64,000 nucleotides of DNA from Actinomycetes bacterium (lineage in GTDB: Bacteria > Actinomycetota > Acidimicrobiia > IMCC26256): contig JBAWWI010000002.1 in NCBI GenBank assembly GCA_037146835.1, positions 4,302 to 68,301 on the forward strand, given 5' to 3'. The notes under the pieces are model-generated. The model did no database searches. It had not been told where the DNA came from and worked only from the letters and a program-made list of their open reading frames with translations. The translations under genes were made by a program, and so were the position numbers. Below, piece by piece: positions 38,146 through 49,748 of the stretch (its first letter is position 1; each line of letters begins with the position of its first letter).

Positions 38146-38820
38146 TCAGTTAGCTGTTTTAAGGCGAGCGTCGATTGCGCTCACGATACGTGCGAATACT
38201 TCGTCACCCGTTCCGAGCCCATCAATCTCATCAAGGCGATCTAGATCCCGATAAAAATCAAGAATAGGCATCGTCGCGGTTTCGTAAAGCTCAAGGCGAC
38301 GCATTACAGCGACCTCGGTATCGTCGTCTCGCTGGCTAACTGTGCCGCCGCATACATCGCAGACGCCGTTTATCTTTGGCGGCATAGTGAGATGGTAAGT
38401 AGTGCCGCAGTCGTCGCAGACTCGACGCCCAGCAATACGATCAAGAACAATCTCCGTCGGGACCTCTAGGTCTATCGCTACATCTAGCGGTCGACCAGAG
38501 GCAGCGAGCTCCTCCTCAAGAGCGGATGCCTGCACGAGCGTGCGCGGAAATCCATCGAGAACGAACCCGCTATCCATTAGGCCCCCGTCGAGCATCTGCT
38601 CTCGGACAACACGCAGTACAAGATCATCCGGTACGAGCTCGCCGCGGTCCATGTAAGCAATTGCCTCTAGGCCTGCCGGTGCTCCGCCTCTTGCAGCGGC
38701 ACGAAAAAGGTCACCAGTAGAGAGGTGCGCGACGCTGTAATGCTGGGCAATACGCACCGCTTGGGTGCCCTTGCCGGCACCCTGCTTCCCGAGCAGGATG
38801 AGACGTATTCCGCTTGTCAT
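38146..38820 (-). CDS. adk: Adenylate kinase with 4-Cys zinc lid
   Basis: GKQGAGKGT, STGDLFR, LDGFPR, lid CDDC...CDVC. Confidence 0.97.
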   Translation of the reverse strand: MTSGIRLILLGKQGAGKGTQAVRIAQHYSVAHLSTGDLFRAAARGGAPAGLEAIAYMDRGELVPDDLVLRVVREQMLDGGLMDSGFVLDGFPRTLVQASALEEELAASGRPLDVAIDLEVPTEIVLDRIAGRRVCDDCGTTYHLTMPPKINGVCDVCGGTVSQRDDDTEVAVMRRLELYETATMPILDFYRDLDRLDEIDGLGTGDEVFARIVSAIDARLKTAN

Positions 38821-38831
38821 GTTGATGCTCC

Positions 38832-40130
38832 TCAGGCGAGGAAGCCCTCGTAGTTTCTCATCATCAACTGACTATCGATTTGTTTCATCGTCTCAAGCGC
38901 TACACCCACGGTGATTAGAAGTGAGGTTCCTCCAAATGGAAACTGCGTAATGCTCCACGCAGCAAAAACGATGAGCGGTGTGAGCGCTATGGCAGCTAGG
39001 AAAAGCGATCCAGGGAGCGTGATGCGGTTAAGCACCTTTGCGAGGTATCGCTCCGTGGGGGGCCCTGGGCGAATACCTGGGATAAATCCACCCTGCTTGC
39101 GGATGATGTCGGCCTGCTGGGCTGGGTTGAATGCAATGGCCGTATAGAAGTAAGCGAAGAAGACAATAAGCAGGGTGTAGAAGCCCATGTAGAAGAGGCT
39201 GCTCTGCCTAACTAGGTACTTGCTCGTGAAAGTTTGGAGAGCCTGCCAGTTAGTAGCCGTTGCAATTAGGGCTGGGAAGGAGAGGATGGATGAGGCGAAG
39301 ATCACCGGGATAACACCGGACTGGTTGACCTTTAGAGGTATGTAGGTGCTCTGCCCGCCGAACATGCGTCGCCCGACTACACGCTTTGCGAATTGAACAG
39401 GGATTCTCCTCTGCCCCGACTCCACGTAGACAATCGCTGCAACCATGCCAATCAGGATGATGAAGATAACTACGCCCTTGTACCATCCGCCCTCTGCGAA
39501 GATGAGTCCAAAGCCGCTTGGGAGCCTCGAGACAACTGAGGCGAAGATCAAGATCGACATTCCGTTGCCGATTCCGCGCTGAGTAATCGACTCTGCGAGC
39601 CACATCACTAGGGCAGTTCCAGCAGTCCACACAAGCACGATCATCGCTGCTCGCCATGCGTTGAAGTCGGGGATGAAGTTGACGCCCTTGGGGAGGTTCC
39701 CGAAGAGAGCGGTGTTGCCCTGCTTCAATGCGAAAACAAAACCAGTTGACTGGATGATTGCAAGCCCCATGGTGACATACCGGGTCCACTGCGTAATTTT
39801 CTTCTGGCCAGACTGGCCCTCGTTCTGCCATTCCTCAAGCTTGGGGATTACGACACCAAGCAGCTGCATAATGATCGATGCAGTGATGTATGGCATAACT
39901 CCAAGGAAGAAGACCGAGACACTCGTGATGGCTCCACCGGAGAAAAGGTTAAGGAAACCCACGACTCCGTTATCCGCTGAGCTCTTCTGCAGAGACTGAA
40001 TCGCAGAGAAATCTACAAACGGAACAGGTATATGCGAACCGATGCGATATGCCGCAATAACTAAGAGAGTGAAGAGAACCTTGTTCCGTAGGTCAGGGAC
40101 CCGGAACATATTCCGCAAGCGGCTGATCAT
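38832..40130 (-). CDS. secY: Preprotein translocase SecY
   Basis: LGVMPYITASII, GIGNGMS, YIPLKVN, GGFIPGIRPG, FGGTSLLI. Confidence 0.98.
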   Translation of the reverse strand: MISRLRNMFRVPDLRNKVLFTLLVIAAYRIGSHIPVPFVDFSAIQSLQKSSADNGVVGFLNLFSGGAITSVSVFFLGVMPYITASIIMQLLGVVIPKLEEWQNEGQSGQKKITQWTRYVTMGLAIIQSTGFVFALKQGNTALFGNLPKGVNFIPDFNAWRAAMIVLVWTAGTALVMWLAESITQRGIGNGMSILIFASVVSRLPSGFGLIFAEGGWYKGVVIFIILIGMVAAIVYVESGQRRIPVQFAKRVVGRRMFGGQSTYIPLKVNQSGVIPVIFASSILSFPALIATATNWQALQTFTSKYLVRQSSLFYMGFYTLLIVFFAYFYTAIAFNPAQQADIIRKQGGFIPGIRPGPPTERYLAKVLNRITLPGSLFLAAIALTPLIVFAAWSITQFPFGGTSLLITVGVALETMKQIDSQLMMRNYEGFLA

Positions 40131-40179
40131 TGGGTGGTTGTCCTCCTGGGGTTGATCCCGTCAAGCGAGATCGCGAAGC

Positions 40180-40671
40180 CTACCGGTTAGTGAGGGCGTT
40201 GCCCTTGGCGGGTGGACGACGATCTCCCCATGGAAGCGCAATGAGTTCAGTGGTTCCACCAGCGGCCTCAATTGCGGCTTTGGCGGAGTCTGAGAAACGG
40301 TGTGCTTTGACAGTTAGGGAGTTAGAGATTTCGCCGCGACCAAGTACCTTGACTAGGCCTCGCTTGGCGACAAGTCCGCGCTCACGCAATGCCTCTGGGT
40401 CAACAACTGTCCCTGATGCAAAATCCTCAAGAGCATCAAGGTTGACGACGTTGTACTCGACTCGGAATGGGTTCTTGAAGCCCTTGGACTTAGGCGTCCG
40501 GCGATGCAGAGGCGTCTGGCCACCCTCGAATCCAGGCTTGACCGTATTGCGAGCGTGCTGGCCCTTAGTACCGCGGCCTGCAGTCTTTCCACCTTTACCG
40601 GCGATACCACGACCCATGCGCTTTGCAGCGCGCTTGGACCCCTCTGCTGGCTTGAGTTCATGCAGTTTCAT
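40180..40671 (-). CDS. rplO: 50S ribosomal protein L15
   Basis: [26 protein letters not shown]. Confidence 0.97.
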   Translation of the reverse strand: MKLHELKPAEGSKRAAKRMGRGIAGKGGKTAGRGTKGQHARNTVKPGFEGGQTPLHRRTPKSKGFKNPFRVEYNVVNLDALEDFASGTVVDPEALRERGLVAKRGLVKVLGRGEISNSLTVKAHRFSDSAKAAIEAAGGTTELIALPWGDRRPPAKGNALTNR

Positions 40672-40853
40672 TAGGAGATCTCCTCTACCTTTACGAGGTG
40701 AGTGACACGCGCAATCATTCCGCGAATCTCTGGTCGGTCATCAAATTCGTTTGTGCGCCCAATGCCGCGAAGCCCAAGGGCACGCATTGTTCCGCGAGTC
40801 TTTGGCTTTGTGCCGATAGTTGAACGTAACTGGGTAACTCGGATGCGCCCCAT
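40671..40853 (-). CDS. rpmD: 50S ribosomal protein L30
   Basis: [16 protein letters not shown]; synteny. Confidence 0.96.
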   Translation of the reverse strand: MGRIRVTQLRSTIGTKPKTRGTMRALGLRGIGRTNEFDDRPEIRGMIARVTHLVKVEEIS

Positions 40854-41401
40854 TATGCAACCTCAACCGGTGCGGCCTTGAGAGCATTTCGCTCGCGGTA
40901 TGCACGAAGCACACCAGCGGGGGTTACTTCCTCCATGCTCTTGCCACGCATCTTGGCGACATCCTCTGGACGACGCAGAGCGCGTAGGCCAGCAATTGTT
41001 GCTCTAGAAACGTTGATTGCGTTAGCCGAGCCGAGAGACTTGGCTAGAACATCGTGTACACCGGCTGCCTCGAGGATTGCTCGCGCCGCACCACCGGCGA
41101 TTACGCCGGTACCGGGGGCTGCTGGCTTGAGAAGGACGCGCGCTGCGTCATGCTCTCCAACGAGTTCATGGGTGATTGTGGATCCCGCAAGCGGCACCTT
41201 GAAGAGGTTCTTCTTGGCCTCTTCCATGCCCTTTTGGATAGCAGCAGGAACCTCTTTGGCCTTGCCGTAGCCAAGACCAACGCTTCCTTCGCCATCGCCA
41301 ACCACCACTAGGGCAGTAAAGGAGAACCTTCGTCCACCTTTAACTACCTTGGCAACGCGGTTGATTGCGATTACCCGCTCTTCGTACTGGCCTTCGGCCA
41401 T
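40853..41401 (-). CDS. rpsE: 30S ribosomal protein S5
   Basis: [25 protein letters not shown]. Confidence 0.98.
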   Translation of the reverse strand: MAEGQYEERVIAINRVAKVVKGGRRFSFTALVVVGDGEGSVGLGYGKAKEVPAAIQKGMEEAKKNLFKVPLAGSTITHELVGEHDAARVLLKPAAPGTGVIAGGAARAILEAAGVHDVLAKSLGSANAINVSRATIAGLRALRRPEDVAKMRGKSMEEVTPAGVLRAYRERNALKAAPVEVA

Positions 41402-41420
41402 GGGTTACTCCCTTGTCTTT

Positions 41421-41777
41421 CTAGAACTCGAGGCCGCTAGCGCGCGCCGCATCGGCGATTGCTGCAACTCGTCCGTGGTATCGGTATCCACCGCGGTCAA
41501 ACACGACGCTTTTGATACCTGCTTCTTTTGCTCTCTCGCCAATGCGCTGGCCAACAGCTGTGGCTGCTGCCACATTGCCGGTTGCACCCTTGCGAGCTGC
41601 TGCCTCCATTGTTGATGCGGAGACAATTGTTCGTCCAGTTACATCGTCGATCACCTGCGCATAGATGTGCGAGGCAGAACGAAAAACCGCAAGACGCGGT
41701 CGCTCGGCTGTGCCGTGCACTTTCTTGCGAACGCGTACGTGGCGACGCTTCCTAGATTCTGGTTTGGTAAGGCTCAT
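41421..41777 (-). CDS. rplR: 50S ribosomal protein L18
   Basis: [21 protein letters not shown]. Confidence 0.97.
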   Translation of the reverse strand: MSLTKPESRKRRHVRVRKKVHGTAERPRLAVFRSASHIYAQVIDDVTGRTIVSASTMEAAARKGATGNVAAATAVGQRIGERAKEAGIKSVVFDRGGYRYHGRVAAIADAARASGLEF

Positions 41778-41796
41778 CGTGTCCCTCTCTTATCCG

Positions 41797-42336
41797 CTAC
41801 TTGGCTGACTTGCCGGCCTTGCGCAGGACGCGCTCGTCGGCATAGCGAATGCCCTTGCCTTTGTAAGGCTCGGGCTTACGGATCTTGCGAATGTCTGCAG
41901 CGACCTGGCCAACTACCTGCTTGTCTATCCCGATCACTGTGATGCGGGTAGCTGCGGGGACATCGAAGGTCACTCCATCTGGGGCCTCCACGAAGACTGG
42001 GTGCGAGAAACCTACCTGCACCTCAATCTTGGTCGGGCTCTGAGGAATTGCACGATAACCAACGCCTACGATCTCGAGCTCCCTGGTGAAGCCCACAGAT
42101 ACACCAATCACCATGTTGGAGACTAGAGAACGTGTGAGTCCGTGGAGAGCGCGGTTCTGGCGTTCGTCATCGGGTCGGGTTACAACGAGGTCATCGCCAT
42201 CGCGTGCGACCGTGATGGTCGGCGGAGCGTCGATCTCGAGAGTTCCCTTGGGTCCCTTTACGGTGATGTGAGAACCAGTGATGGTTACCTCAACGCCTGC
42301 GGGGAGAGTTATGGGCTGCTTACCAATACGAGACAT
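41797..42336 (-). CDS. rplF: 50S ribosomal protein L6
   Basis: MSRIGK start at ATG 42336; [11 protein letters not shown]. Confidence 0.97.
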   Translation of the reverse strand: MSRIGKQPITLPAGVEVTITGSHITVKGPKGTLEIDAPPTITVARDGDDLVVTRPDDERQNRALHGLTRSLVSNMVIGVSVGFTRELEIVGVGYRAIPQSPTKIEVQVGFSHPVFVEAPDGVTFDVPAATRITVIGIDKQVVGQVAADIRKIRKPEPYKGKGIRYADERVLRKAGKSAK

Positions 42337-42340
42337 GTGA

Positions 42341-42745
42341 TTACCAGACGTGGCAGAGCACTTCGCCACCGATGCGACGCTTGCGCGCCTCACGGTCGGT
42401 GACGAGACCCTTGTTGGTAGAGAGCACGGCAATTCCGAATCCGCCGAGTACGCGAGCGACCGAGTCGGCCTTCGAATACACACGCAGACCTGGCTTCGAT
42501 ACTCGCTTGATGCCAGAGATCGTTCGCTTACGCTCGGGGGTGTACTTCATGTAAACAGTGAGGCGCTGTCCAGGGCGAATGGGGTCGTCCTCGACCTCGT
42601 AGCCCTCGATGTAGCCCTCGCTCAGCAGAACTTTCGCGAGTGCTTCCTTGACTTTCGAGGAAGGCATCGACGTTGTGTCATGCATAGCGATGTTTGCGTT
42701 GCGGATGCGTGTAAGCATGTCCGCGATGGGGTCGGTCATTGTCAT
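42341..42745 (-). CDS. rpsH: 30S ribosomal protein S8
   Basis: [28 protein letters not shown]. Confidence 0.98.
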   Translation of the reverse strand: MTMTDPIADMLTRIRNANIAMHDTTSMPSSKVKEALAKVLLSEGYIEGYEVEDDPIRPGQRLTVYMKYTPERKRTISGIKRVSKPGLRVYSKADSVARVLGGFGIAVLSTNKGLVTDREARKRRIGGEVLCHVW

Positions 42746-42758
42746 TGGATCGCCTTCC

Positions 42759-42944
42759 TCACCACGACGCCTTGGTCACGCCAGGCACTTCGCCTGCGTG
42801 AATGAGCTCGCGTAGGCAGATTCGGCATAGGCCGAACTTGCGGTACACCGCTCGCGCTCGACCGCATTTACGGCACCGCGAGTAACCGCGGACCTTAAAC
42901 TTTGGCTCACGCTGCTGCTTATTAACTAATGCTTTTTTAGCCAT
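42759..42944 (-). CDS. rpsN: 30S ribosomal protein S14, zinc-binding (type Z, C+) form
   Basis: MAKKAL; CRKC...CRIC; 61 aa from ATG 42944. Confidence 0.97.
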   Translation of the reverse strand: MAKKALVNKQQREPKFKVRGYSRCRKCGRARAVYRKFGLCRICLRELIHAGEVPGVTKASW

Positions 42945-42948
42945 GTGC

Positions 42949-43506
42949 CTAACCCACGTTCTCGGTGCGTCTGAACGGAAATCCGAGTGCTCGCAAGAGC
43001 GCTCGTCCCTCGTCGTCGGTACGTGCGGAGGAGACGATGGTGATGTCCATTCCACGCGTTGTGTCGATTTTGTCGTACTCAATCTCAGGGAAGATCAATT
43101 GCTCGGTCACACCAAACGTGTAGTTGCCGTGTCCGTCGAATGATTTGGGGCTAAGCCCGCGGAAGTCACGAATGCGAGGAATCGCCAGAGTTACAAGGCG
43201 GTCATAGAACTCCCACATACGAGCTCCTCGGAGAGTCACCTTTGCTCCGATTGCATTTCCCTCGCGCAGTTTGAATCCAGCGATTGAGGTCTTTGCCTTC
43301 GTGATCAGGGGCTTCTGTCCGGAGATTGTCGTGAGGTCTGCAACTGCACCATCAAGCAAGGAGGCCTGCTGGGTTGCCCCACCTACACCCATGTTGATGA
43401 CGATCTTCTGGAGTCGCGGAACCTGCATCACATTGATGAGCCCAAGCTCAGTGCGCAGAGCTTCACGAAGCTCAGACTCGTATCGTTCTTTAAGACGCGG
43501 AGCCAT
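42949..43506 (-). CDS. rplE: 50S ribosomal protein L5
   Basis: [28 protein letters not shown]; ATG 43506. Confidence 0.98.
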   Translation of the reverse strand: MAPRLKERYESELREALRTELGLINVMQVPRLQKIVINMGVGGATQQASLLDGAVADLTTISGQKPLITKAKTSIAGFKLREGNAIGAKVTLRGARMWEFYDRLVTLAIPRIRDFRGLSPKSFDGHGNYTFGVTEQLIFPEIEYDKIDTTRGMDITIVSSARTDDEGRALLRALGFPFRRTENVG

Positions 43507-43811
43507 TAGAGGTCCCCTCCACACTTGCGGCAGGTACGCCGTTTCTTCTCGCCCTCGAACTTCATTCCGATGCGAGTGGGTCCGCACTTCGAGCAGACGA
43601 TGGCGACGTTAGAGACATGGATCGGCATCTCTTTATCGATGATTCCGCCCTGGGTCGTCGCCGAAGTAGCACGCTGGTGGCGCTTGGCCATGTTGATTCC
43701 ACCATCGACGATGACCTTGTCGGTAGCGATAATTACACGGATCACTTCGCCCTCTTTGCCGAGGTCCTTGCCAGCTATGACTCTGACTTTGTCTCCCTTA
43801 CGGATACGCAT
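43506..43811 (-). CDS. rplX: 50S ribosomal protein L24
   Basis: [20 protein letters not shown]. Confidence 0.97.
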   Translation of the reverse strand: MRIRKGDKVRVIAGKDLGKEGEVIRVIIATDKVIVDGGINMAKRHQRATSATTQGGIIDKEMPIHVSNVAIVCSKCGPTRIGMKFEGEKKRRTCRKCGGDL

Positions 43812-44179
43812 CAGATCACCTCCGGTGCGAGCGAGACGATACGCATGAACTTTTTGTCACGCAGTTCGCGACCAACTGGTCCGAAGATGCGAGTACCACG
43901 AGGCTGCATCGCGTCATTGATAAGAACTGCTGCGTTCTCATCAAATCGAATGTATGAGCCATCTGCGCGGCGCTTCTCTTTCTTGACACGAACAACTACG
44001 CACTTAACAACATCGCCCTTCTTTACAGCGGCACCAGGCTGGGCAGCCTTGACCGATGCAACGAAGACATCTCCGATGCTGGCATAGCGACGACGGGTTC
44101 CGCCGAGGACCTTTATGCAAAGGACCTCTTTGGCACCGGAGTTGTCGGCAACCTTGAGTCTGCTCTCTTGCTGAATCAT
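43811..44179 (-). CDS. rplN: 50S ribosomal protein L14
   Basis: [23 protein letters not shown]. Confidence 0.99.
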   Translation of the reverse strand: MIQQESRLKVADNSGAKEVLCIKVLGGTRRRYASIGDVFVASVKAAQPGAAVKKGDVVKCVVVRVKKEKRRADGSYIRFDENAAVLINDAMQPRGTRIFGPVGRELRDKKFMRIVSLAPEVI

Positions 44180-44188
44180 TTTCTCTCC

Positions 44189-44527
44189 CTACCTTGCCCG
44201 CTCGAGAATCTCGACGACTCGCCAGCGCTTAAGGCGTGACATCGGGCGAGTCTCAGTGATGCGCACACGGTCGCCTTCACGTACCTCGTTGTTCTCATCG
44301 TGAGCGTAAAGCTTTGTTGTGCGCTGGACTGTCTTGCGGTAGCGACGGTGACGTACCCGATCGATTACTGCAACAACAACCGTCTTGTCCTGCTTGACTG
44401 AGACTGCAACTCCTTCACGCACTTTGCGTGCGTTACGGGTTGCAGTTGTCTCGGCCTGCTCGGCCTCAGTCACTTCAGGCACAAGCGCTTCAGTATCAAT
44501 AGTTTCGGTCTGTTCGGTCTCGCTCAT
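44189..44527 (-). CDS. rpsQ: 30S ribosomal protein S17 with acidic N-terminal extension
   Basis: KQDKT, AHDE, GDRVRI, ETRPMS. Confidence 0.96.
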   Translation of the reverse strand: MSETEQTETIDTEALVPEVTEAEQAETTATRNARKVREGVAVSVKQDKTVVVAVIDRVRHRRYRKTVQRTTKLYAHDENNEVREGDRVRITETRPMSRLKRWRVVEILERAR

Positions 44528-44760
44528 GCGTTCTCCTCGGCAGCCTCTGCCGCTGCGATCTCGCGCTCACGCACGATGGTCTTGATACGTGCGATATAAC
44601 GACGCACATGGGTAATACGCGAAGAGTTCTCAACCTGACCGGTGGCTAGTTGAAAGCGCAGGTTGAACTGCTCTTCCTTTGCCTCGGAGAGTTTGGCGAG
44701 AAGATCTGCATCGTTGAGTTCAACGAGCGTGTTCGGTCTGAATTCTTTGATTCCAGCCAT
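44524..44760 (-). CDS. rpmC: 50S ribosomal protein L29
   Basis: [17 protein letters not shown]. Confidence 0.96.
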   Translation of the reverse strand: MAGIKEFRPNTLVELNDADLLAKLSEAKEEQFNLRFQLATGQVENSSRITHVRRYIARIKTIVREREIAAAEAAEENA

Positions 44761-45176
44761 CAGGCCTCCTCACGTCTAACTACGAAGCGCGTCTTGATCG
44801 GAAGTTTGTGCATAGCGAGGCGCATAGCTTCGCGTGCAACTTCTTCGGTAACTCCGGAGAGCTCGAACATGATGCGACCTGGCTTAACAACTGCAACCCA
44901 GTGCTCGGGGTTTCCCTTGCCAGAACCCATACGGGTCTCAGCAGGCTTCTGAGTAACTGGTTTGTCAGGGAAGATCGTGATCCATACCTTGCCACCACGC
45001 TTGATGTGGCGAGTCATGGCAATACGGGAAGCCTCAATCTGGCGGTTGGTGATCCAACCAGGCTCAAGTGCTTGGATCCCGAAGTCTCCATATGTAACGC
45101 GCGATCCGCCCTTAGCGATGCCGCTCATGCGACCACGCTGGACCTTGCGATGACGAACTCTCTTAGGCATCAACAT
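44760..45176 (-). CDS. rplP: 50S ribosomal protein L16
   Basis: [23 protein letters not shown]. Confidence 0.98.
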   Translation of the reverse strand: MLMPKRVRHRKVQRGRMSGIAKGGSRVTYGDFGIQALEPGWITNRQIEASRIAMTRHIKRGGKVWITIFPDKPVTQKPAETRMGSGKGNPEHWVAVVKPGRIMFELSGVTEEVAREAMRLAMHKLPIKTRFVVRREEA

Positions 45177-45184
45177 GACAGTCC

Positions 45185-46111
45185 TCAGTCCTCGTCGCCG
45201 TGGAACTTAGGAGCCTCGTGGTGCGCTCGCGTGCGACGCTCGATCTCTTCTTCCTCTGCTAAGAGGCGCTCGAGCTCGGGGTCAGCTTCCTTAATAACTG
45301 GAGTTGCTTCAAGGTTGATGTCATCAGAGACATTGGTTGAGTCGACAGAGACTGACTCATCTGCAGGTCGACGACGCCCTCCACCAGCGGTTACTACACG
45401 GCGAACTCCAGGGGCACTAGGAGCCTCACCAGCAGCGAGTGCTGCCTCTTGGGAGATCTTCTCGTCAGAGACCTGCTTGTAGGGAAGGATGTCACCTTTG
45501 TAGATCCAAACCTTGACACCGATGCGGCCGAATGTTGTCTTGGCCTCAGATGCTCCGTAGTCAATATCGGCACGCAACGTGTGCAGAGGAACGCGGCCCT
45601 CGCGGTACCACTCCTTGCGGCTCATCTCTGCGCCGCCGAGGCGACCACTTACCTGAACACGAATACCGAGGGCTCCGGCCTTCATTGCGGTCTGTACAGC
45701 ACGCTTCATCGCACGCCTAAACGAAACGCGTCCTGCGAGCTGGTCACCAACACCCTGAGCGATCAGCGCGGCATCTAGCTCGGGCTGCTTAATCTCTTGG
45801 ATGTTGAAGTGAATCTTGTTGTTGCCTGTGATCTTGAAGAGTCCGGTACGAAGGCGGTCTGCCTCTGCACCACGACGACCAATGACGATTCCTGGACGAG
45901 CTGTGAATACATCGATTCTCAGCTTGTCGCCAGAACGCTCGATCTCAATACGGCTCACCATTGCACGCTCAAGCTGTGTGCGCAGGTAGTCGCGGATCTT
46001 CCAGTCCTCAATTAGAAACTCTGTATACGCCTTATTATCGGCGAACCATCGTGACTTCCAGTCGGTAGTAATACCGAGGCGGAAGCCATACGGATTGACT
46101 TTCTGTCCCAT
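45185..46111 (-). CDS. rpsC: 30S ribosomal protein S3 with long C-terminal extension
   Basis: [27 protein letters not shown]. Confidence 0.98.
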   Translation of the reverse strand: MGQKVNPYGFRLGITTDWKSRWFADNKAYTEFLIEDWKIRDYLRTQLERAMVSRIEIERSGDKLRIDVFTARPGIVIGRRGAEADRLRTGLFKITGNNKIHFNIQEIKQPELDAALIAQGVGDQLAGRVSFRRAMKRAVQTAMKAGALGIRVQVSGRLGGAEMSRKEWYREGRVPLHTLRADIDYGASEAKTTFGRIGVKVWIYKGDILPYKQVSDEKISQEAALAAGEAPSAPGVRRVVTAGGGRRRPADESVSVDSTNVSDDINLEATPVIKEADPELERLLAEEEEIERRTRAHHEAPKFHGDED

Positions 46112-46713
46112 TACTCGGACGCCTCCGTGGTCTCCTCGACCTCAGACTCAGCCGACTCAGCCACTGGGGCTTCCTCCGGCTCGCTGTGGTCGTTGTGATT
46201 GTCATGGTCATGGTCATGATCATGGTCATGATCGTGATCGTGGTTGTGCTCGGCCTGTGCCTCTGCTGCACGTGATGCAGCTCGACGGCGTGCACGGTTG
46301 GCTTGAGTAGCTCCGCCTCCACCACGTCGCTCGGAGCGCGCACGGTGAAGCTCAAGAGCCTCGTCGGGCATGCGGTCTACGACAATTGTGATGTGGCTGG
46401 TGCGCTTGCGAATCTTTGTTGCGCGACCACGAGCACGTGGCCTCCACCGCTTCGCAGTAGGTCCTTCATCGGCCCAGCAGGCGCTAACAAAAAGCTCCTC
46501 AGGGTCGAGATGATCGTTGTGCTCGGCATTGGCGATTGCTGAGTTCAGCAACTTGCCAATCTCCTCTGCTGCACCGCGCTCACAGAACTGAAGAACATCG
46601 CGAGCCTCATCAATGCTGAGTCCGCGAATGAGCCCAAGAACTGCACGCACCTTGTTGGGTGCGATACCGCAGTGGCTAAGTGTTGCTTGAGTACCTTGAA
46701 CGTCAGACCTCAT
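46111..46713 (-). CDS. rplV: 50S ribosomal protein L22 with His/Asp-rich and acidic C-terminal extension
   Basis: [29 protein letters not shown] core, then about 85 extra aa. Confidence 0.97.
   Translation of the reverse strand: MRSDVQGTQATLSHCGIAPNKVRAVLGLIRGLSIDEARDVLQFCERGAAEEIGKLLNSAIANAEHNDHLDPEELFVSACWADEGPTAKRWRPRARGRATKIRKRTSHITIVVDRMPDEALELHRARSERRGGGGATQANRARRRAASRAAEAQAEHNHDHDHDHDHDHDHDNHNDHSEPEEAPVAESAESEVEETTEASE
46186..46248 (-). repeat. 6-bp microsatellite-like repeat encoding [21 protein letters not shown] in L22
   Basis: Plus strand (GTCATG/ATCATG/ATCGTG)n; 10 His in 21 codons. Confidence 0.95.
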
Positions 46714-46988
46714 CGACGCACGACCTTCTCCTGGCCGGCGTGGTACCGGAAGGTGCGGGTAGGCGCGAACTCGCCGAGCTTGTGACCAACCATCGGCTCG
46801 GAGAGGAACACGGGGACGTGCTTACGCCCATCGTGGACCGCGATCGTGTGGCCGACCATGTCGGGGGTGATCGTTGAACGGCGGGACCAGGTCTTGATCA
46901 CCTTGTGCTCGCCGGCCGCGTTTTGACGCTCGACCTTCAAGAGAAGGTGCTCATCAACAAATGGGCCTTTTTTTAGACTGCGTGGCAT
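46710..46988 (-). CDS. rpsS: 30S ribosomal protein S19
   Basis: [24 protein letters not shown]. Confidence 0.99.
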   Translation of the reverse strand: MPRSLKKGPFVDEHLLLKVERQNAAGEHKVIKTWSRRSTITPDMVGHTIAVHDGRKHVPVFLSEPMVGHKLGEFAPTRTFRYHAGQEKVVRR

Positions 46989-46995
46989 GTTTTAC

Positions 46996-47832
46996 CTACC
47001 TCCGTGAACCGCGTGTGCGGCGGCGGCGAATGATCATCTTGTCGGAGGCCTTGCCTCGCTTGCGTGTTCGTCCTTCAGGCTTACCCCAAGGTGAAACAGG
47101 GTGACGCCCACCAGAAGACTTACCTTCTCCACCACCAAGTGGGTGGTCAACAGGGTTCATAGCTACACCGCGGGTCTGCGGGCGCTTGCCCTTCCAGCGG
47201 TTACGACCGGCCTTACCAATTGAGATAAGTGATGCCTCGGCGTTGCCGACAGAACCGATCGTTGCACGACAGTCAATCGGAACACGACGCATCTCGGTCG
47301 ATGGGAGACGAATAGTTGCGTATAGGCCTTCTTTAGCGACGAGTTGAATCGAAGCGCCAGCGCCGCGACCTAACTTCGCCCCTGCTCCAGGCTTCATCTC
47401 AACATTGTGAACAACAGTACCGACTGGGATGTAGCGCAGAGGTAGCGCGTTTCCTGGGCGAATATCTGCGCCTTGACCACTCTGGAGCATGTCTCCAACC
47501 TGGATACCGGCCGGCGCAATGATGTAGCGCTTCTCGCCATCGCGGTAGTGCAGAAGTGCAATACGTGCGTTGCGGTTCGGGTCGTACTCAATCGCTGCAA
47601 CCTTTGCGGGGATGCTGTCTTTCTCGCGCTTGAAGTCGATGATGCGGTACTGGCGCTTGTGGCCTCCACCGCGGTGACGCGATGTTGTACGACCGTAGGA
47701 GTTACGTCCACCGGTACGCGGCTTAGGCGCGAGTAGTGACTTCTCGGGGCGATCCTTGGTGATCTCGGCGAAATCCGAGACAGTCTGGAACCTGCGCCCT
47801 GGGCTTGTGGGTTTACGTTTACGAATGGCCAT
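46996..47832 (-). CDS. rplB: 50S ribosomal protein L2
   Basis: [23 protein letters not shown]. Confidence 0.99.
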   Translation of the reverse strand: MAIRKRKPTSPGRRFQTVSDFAEITKDRPEKSLLAPKPRTGGRNSYGRTTSRHRGGGHKRQYRIIDFKREKDSIPAKVAAIEYDPNRNARIALLHYRDGEKRYIIAPAGIQVGDMLQSGQGADIRPGNALPLRYIPVGTVVHNVEMKPGAGAKLGRGAGASIQLVAKEGLYATIRLPSTEMRRVPIDCRATIGSVGNAEASLISIGKAGRNRWKGKRPQTRGVAMNPVDHPLGGGEGKSSGGRHPVSPWGKPEGRTRKRGKASDKMIIRRRRTRGSRR

Positions 47833-47834
47833 AA

Positions 47835-48128
47835 TTAGCTCCCGAAGATCTCAATCCGGTCGCCCTCGGCAAGCGATACCAGTGCGCGCTTTGTCTTTGA
47901 CCGCTGGCCCCAAGTGCCGGTCTTGCGGTTGCGCTTGCGCTTGCCAGCGCGGTTGACCGTGTTGACGTTTGTTACTTTGACCCCGAAGATGGCCTCAACA
48001 GCCTGACGGATCTCAATCTTGTTTGCGCCAGGTGCAACCTCAAACGTGTATACGTTTGCGTCGAGAGCCGCGTACGACTTCTCCGAAACAACTGGGCGAA
48101 TAATTACATCGCGATGGTCGGCACTCAT
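47835..48128 (-). CDS. rplW: 50S ribosomal protein L23
   Basis: [18 protein letters not shown]. Confidence 0.97.
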   Translation of the reverse strand: MSADHRDVIIRPVVSEKSYAALDANVYTFEVAPGANKIEIRQAVEAIFGVKVTNVNTVNRAGKRKRNRKTGTWGQRSKTKRALVSLAEGDRIEIFGS

Positions 48129-48853
48129 GATGCGTCCTCATCTGTATCTGCATCAGCACTATCTGAGGCGGTGACGCTCAACTTTGTGCGAGGCATTGCT
48201 GGAGTTGCTGCGCTAAGACGCTCAACTGTGATCGCAAGAGTCGACTCGCTGAAGACAATCGTGTCGCAGAGGAGCACGTCGTAGGTGTTGATCTCCTCTG
48301 GGAGAATCACACGAACTCGGTCACCTAAGTTGCGGAACGATAGCCATGACTCACGCTCTGAGCGGTCTAGGCAGATAGCGAGACGCACTTGGCGCTCGCC
48401 ATTCACACGGAGCCCAAGGGCCTCGAGTGCGCCAATTGCACGCTTGGTTGATGGTGGGCTGAAGCCCCATGCATCAATTACCTGAACCTTGCCCTCTTGA
48501 GCACGATCCGATAGAGCTGAGAGAACCGCAAGTCGCACCATCTTCTTAGGTGTGCGCTGCGTGTAGTCACGAGGCTTCGGTCCATGGGCAACTCCACCAC
48601 CGCGCCAGTGAGGCGCACGTGAGGAACCCTGACGAGCACGGCCGGTGCCCTTCTGGGCCCATGGCTTAGCGCCTCCGCCTCGGACCTGAGCACGAGTCTT
48701 GGTGCTAGAGGTACCGGAGCGCTTATGCGCCAACTGGGCAGTTACAACTTGATGCATTACCGAGGCATTTGGCTCAATACCAAAGATGTCATCAGGCAAC
48801 TCAGCAGTGCCTACTACCTTGCCCTCAATATTGCGAACGTCAACGGTACTCAT
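48125..48853 (-). CDS. rplD: 50S ribosomal protein L4
   Basis: [28 protein letters not shown]. Confidence 0.97.
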   Translation of the reverse strand: MSTVDVRNIEGKVVGTAELPDDIFGIEPNASVMHQVVTAQLAHKRSGTSSTKTRAQVRGGGAKPWAQKGTGRARQGSSRAPHWRGGGVAHGPKPRDYTQRTPKKMVRLAVLSALSDRAQEGKVQVIDAWGFSPPSTKRAIGALEALGLRVNGERQVRLAICLDRSERESWLSFRNLGDRVRVILPEEINTYDVLLCDTIVFSESTLAITVERLSAATPAMPRTKLSVTASDSADADTDEDAS

Positions 48854-49494
48854 CGGGCACCTGCTTTTACTGCGTTACGTAGGAATACAAGCCCGCCCTT
48901 GGGGCCGGGGATTGCGCCACGAACAAGGATGATTCCTCGCTCAGCGTCGCCCTCTACGACCATAAGGTTGAGGGTGGTGGTCTTGGCATGCCCCATCTGT
49001 CCAGCCATCTTCATACCCTTGAAGACGCGAGATGGTGTGGCGCATGCGCCGATTGATCCGGGAGCACGGTGAGCCTTGTGGTTACCGTGGCTAGCACCTT
49101 GACCCTTGAAGTTGTGTCGCTTCATAACTCCAGCGAAACCCTTACCCTTTGAGATGCCAGTGACGTCAATAAGCTCGCCGGCCTCAAATAGTTCGGCTGT
49201 GATTACCTGGCCGACGGCATATGCACTGAGGTCATCAACACGCATCTCTGCGAGGTGATTAGTGGCCTCGGCATTAGCTGCCTTCAGGTGACCAAGCTCG
49301 GGCTTAGATAGTCGACGGGGCTTTGCATCGCCGAAGGCGATCTGCACAGCCGAGTATCCATCACGCTCTGGTGTCTTGAGTTGGACGACGCGACAAGGAC
49401 CAGCCTGGATCACCGTAACCGGTACTACCCGGTTCTCGGAGTCCCAGACTTGGGTCATGCCGAGCTTTCGCCCTAAAATCCCCTTGGATGCCAT
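48850..49494 (-). CDS. rplC: 50S ribosomal protein L3
   Basis: [29 protein letters not shown]; ATG 49494 with GAGGA RBS. Confidence 0.98.
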   Translation of the reverse strand: MASKGILGRKLGMTQVWDSENRVVPVTVIQAGPCRVVQLKTPERDGYSAVQIAFGDAKPRRLSKPELGHLKAANAEATNHLAEMRVDDLSAYAVGQVITAELFEAGELIDVTGISKGKGFAGVMKRHNFKGQGASHGNHKAHRAPGSIGACATPSRVFKGMKMAGQMGHAKTTTLNLMVVEGDAERGIILVRGAIPGPKGGLVFLRNAVKAGAR

Positions 49495-49525
49495 GTGGCT
49501 TCCTCGCCTACTCTTCTCATGCGAA

Positions 49526-49719
49526 CGCTCCGCAGGGCGGGTGCCCGGCGGAGCGATCAGTTCGGTTGTGCTCTGCGGGTTCCCCAAAGGATCTTGGGGC
49601 TACCGGAGACGTCGGTTTAGCCAGAGTGATTAACTCACTAGGGCTGAGTCGGAGGACCCTAGCCGACACCAGTGGTAGGTGTCGAATGGAGACTCCATAT
49701 CGAGGGAAAACTCCTCGAT
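49526..49719 (-). promoter_or_regulatory. Highly structured rpsJ-rplC intergenic element (candidate cis-regulatory RNA)
   Basis: Seven consecutive inverted repeats of 5-8 bp found by eye; coordinates are given in the findings. Confidence 0.55.
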
Positions 49720-49748
49720 TTATTCTTATAGGTGCTTTTCAGGCTTAG

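Noticed and set aside
38350-38418. 4-Cys lid in adenylate kinase
   Set aside because: The zinc lid is well known in Gram-positive-type Adk.
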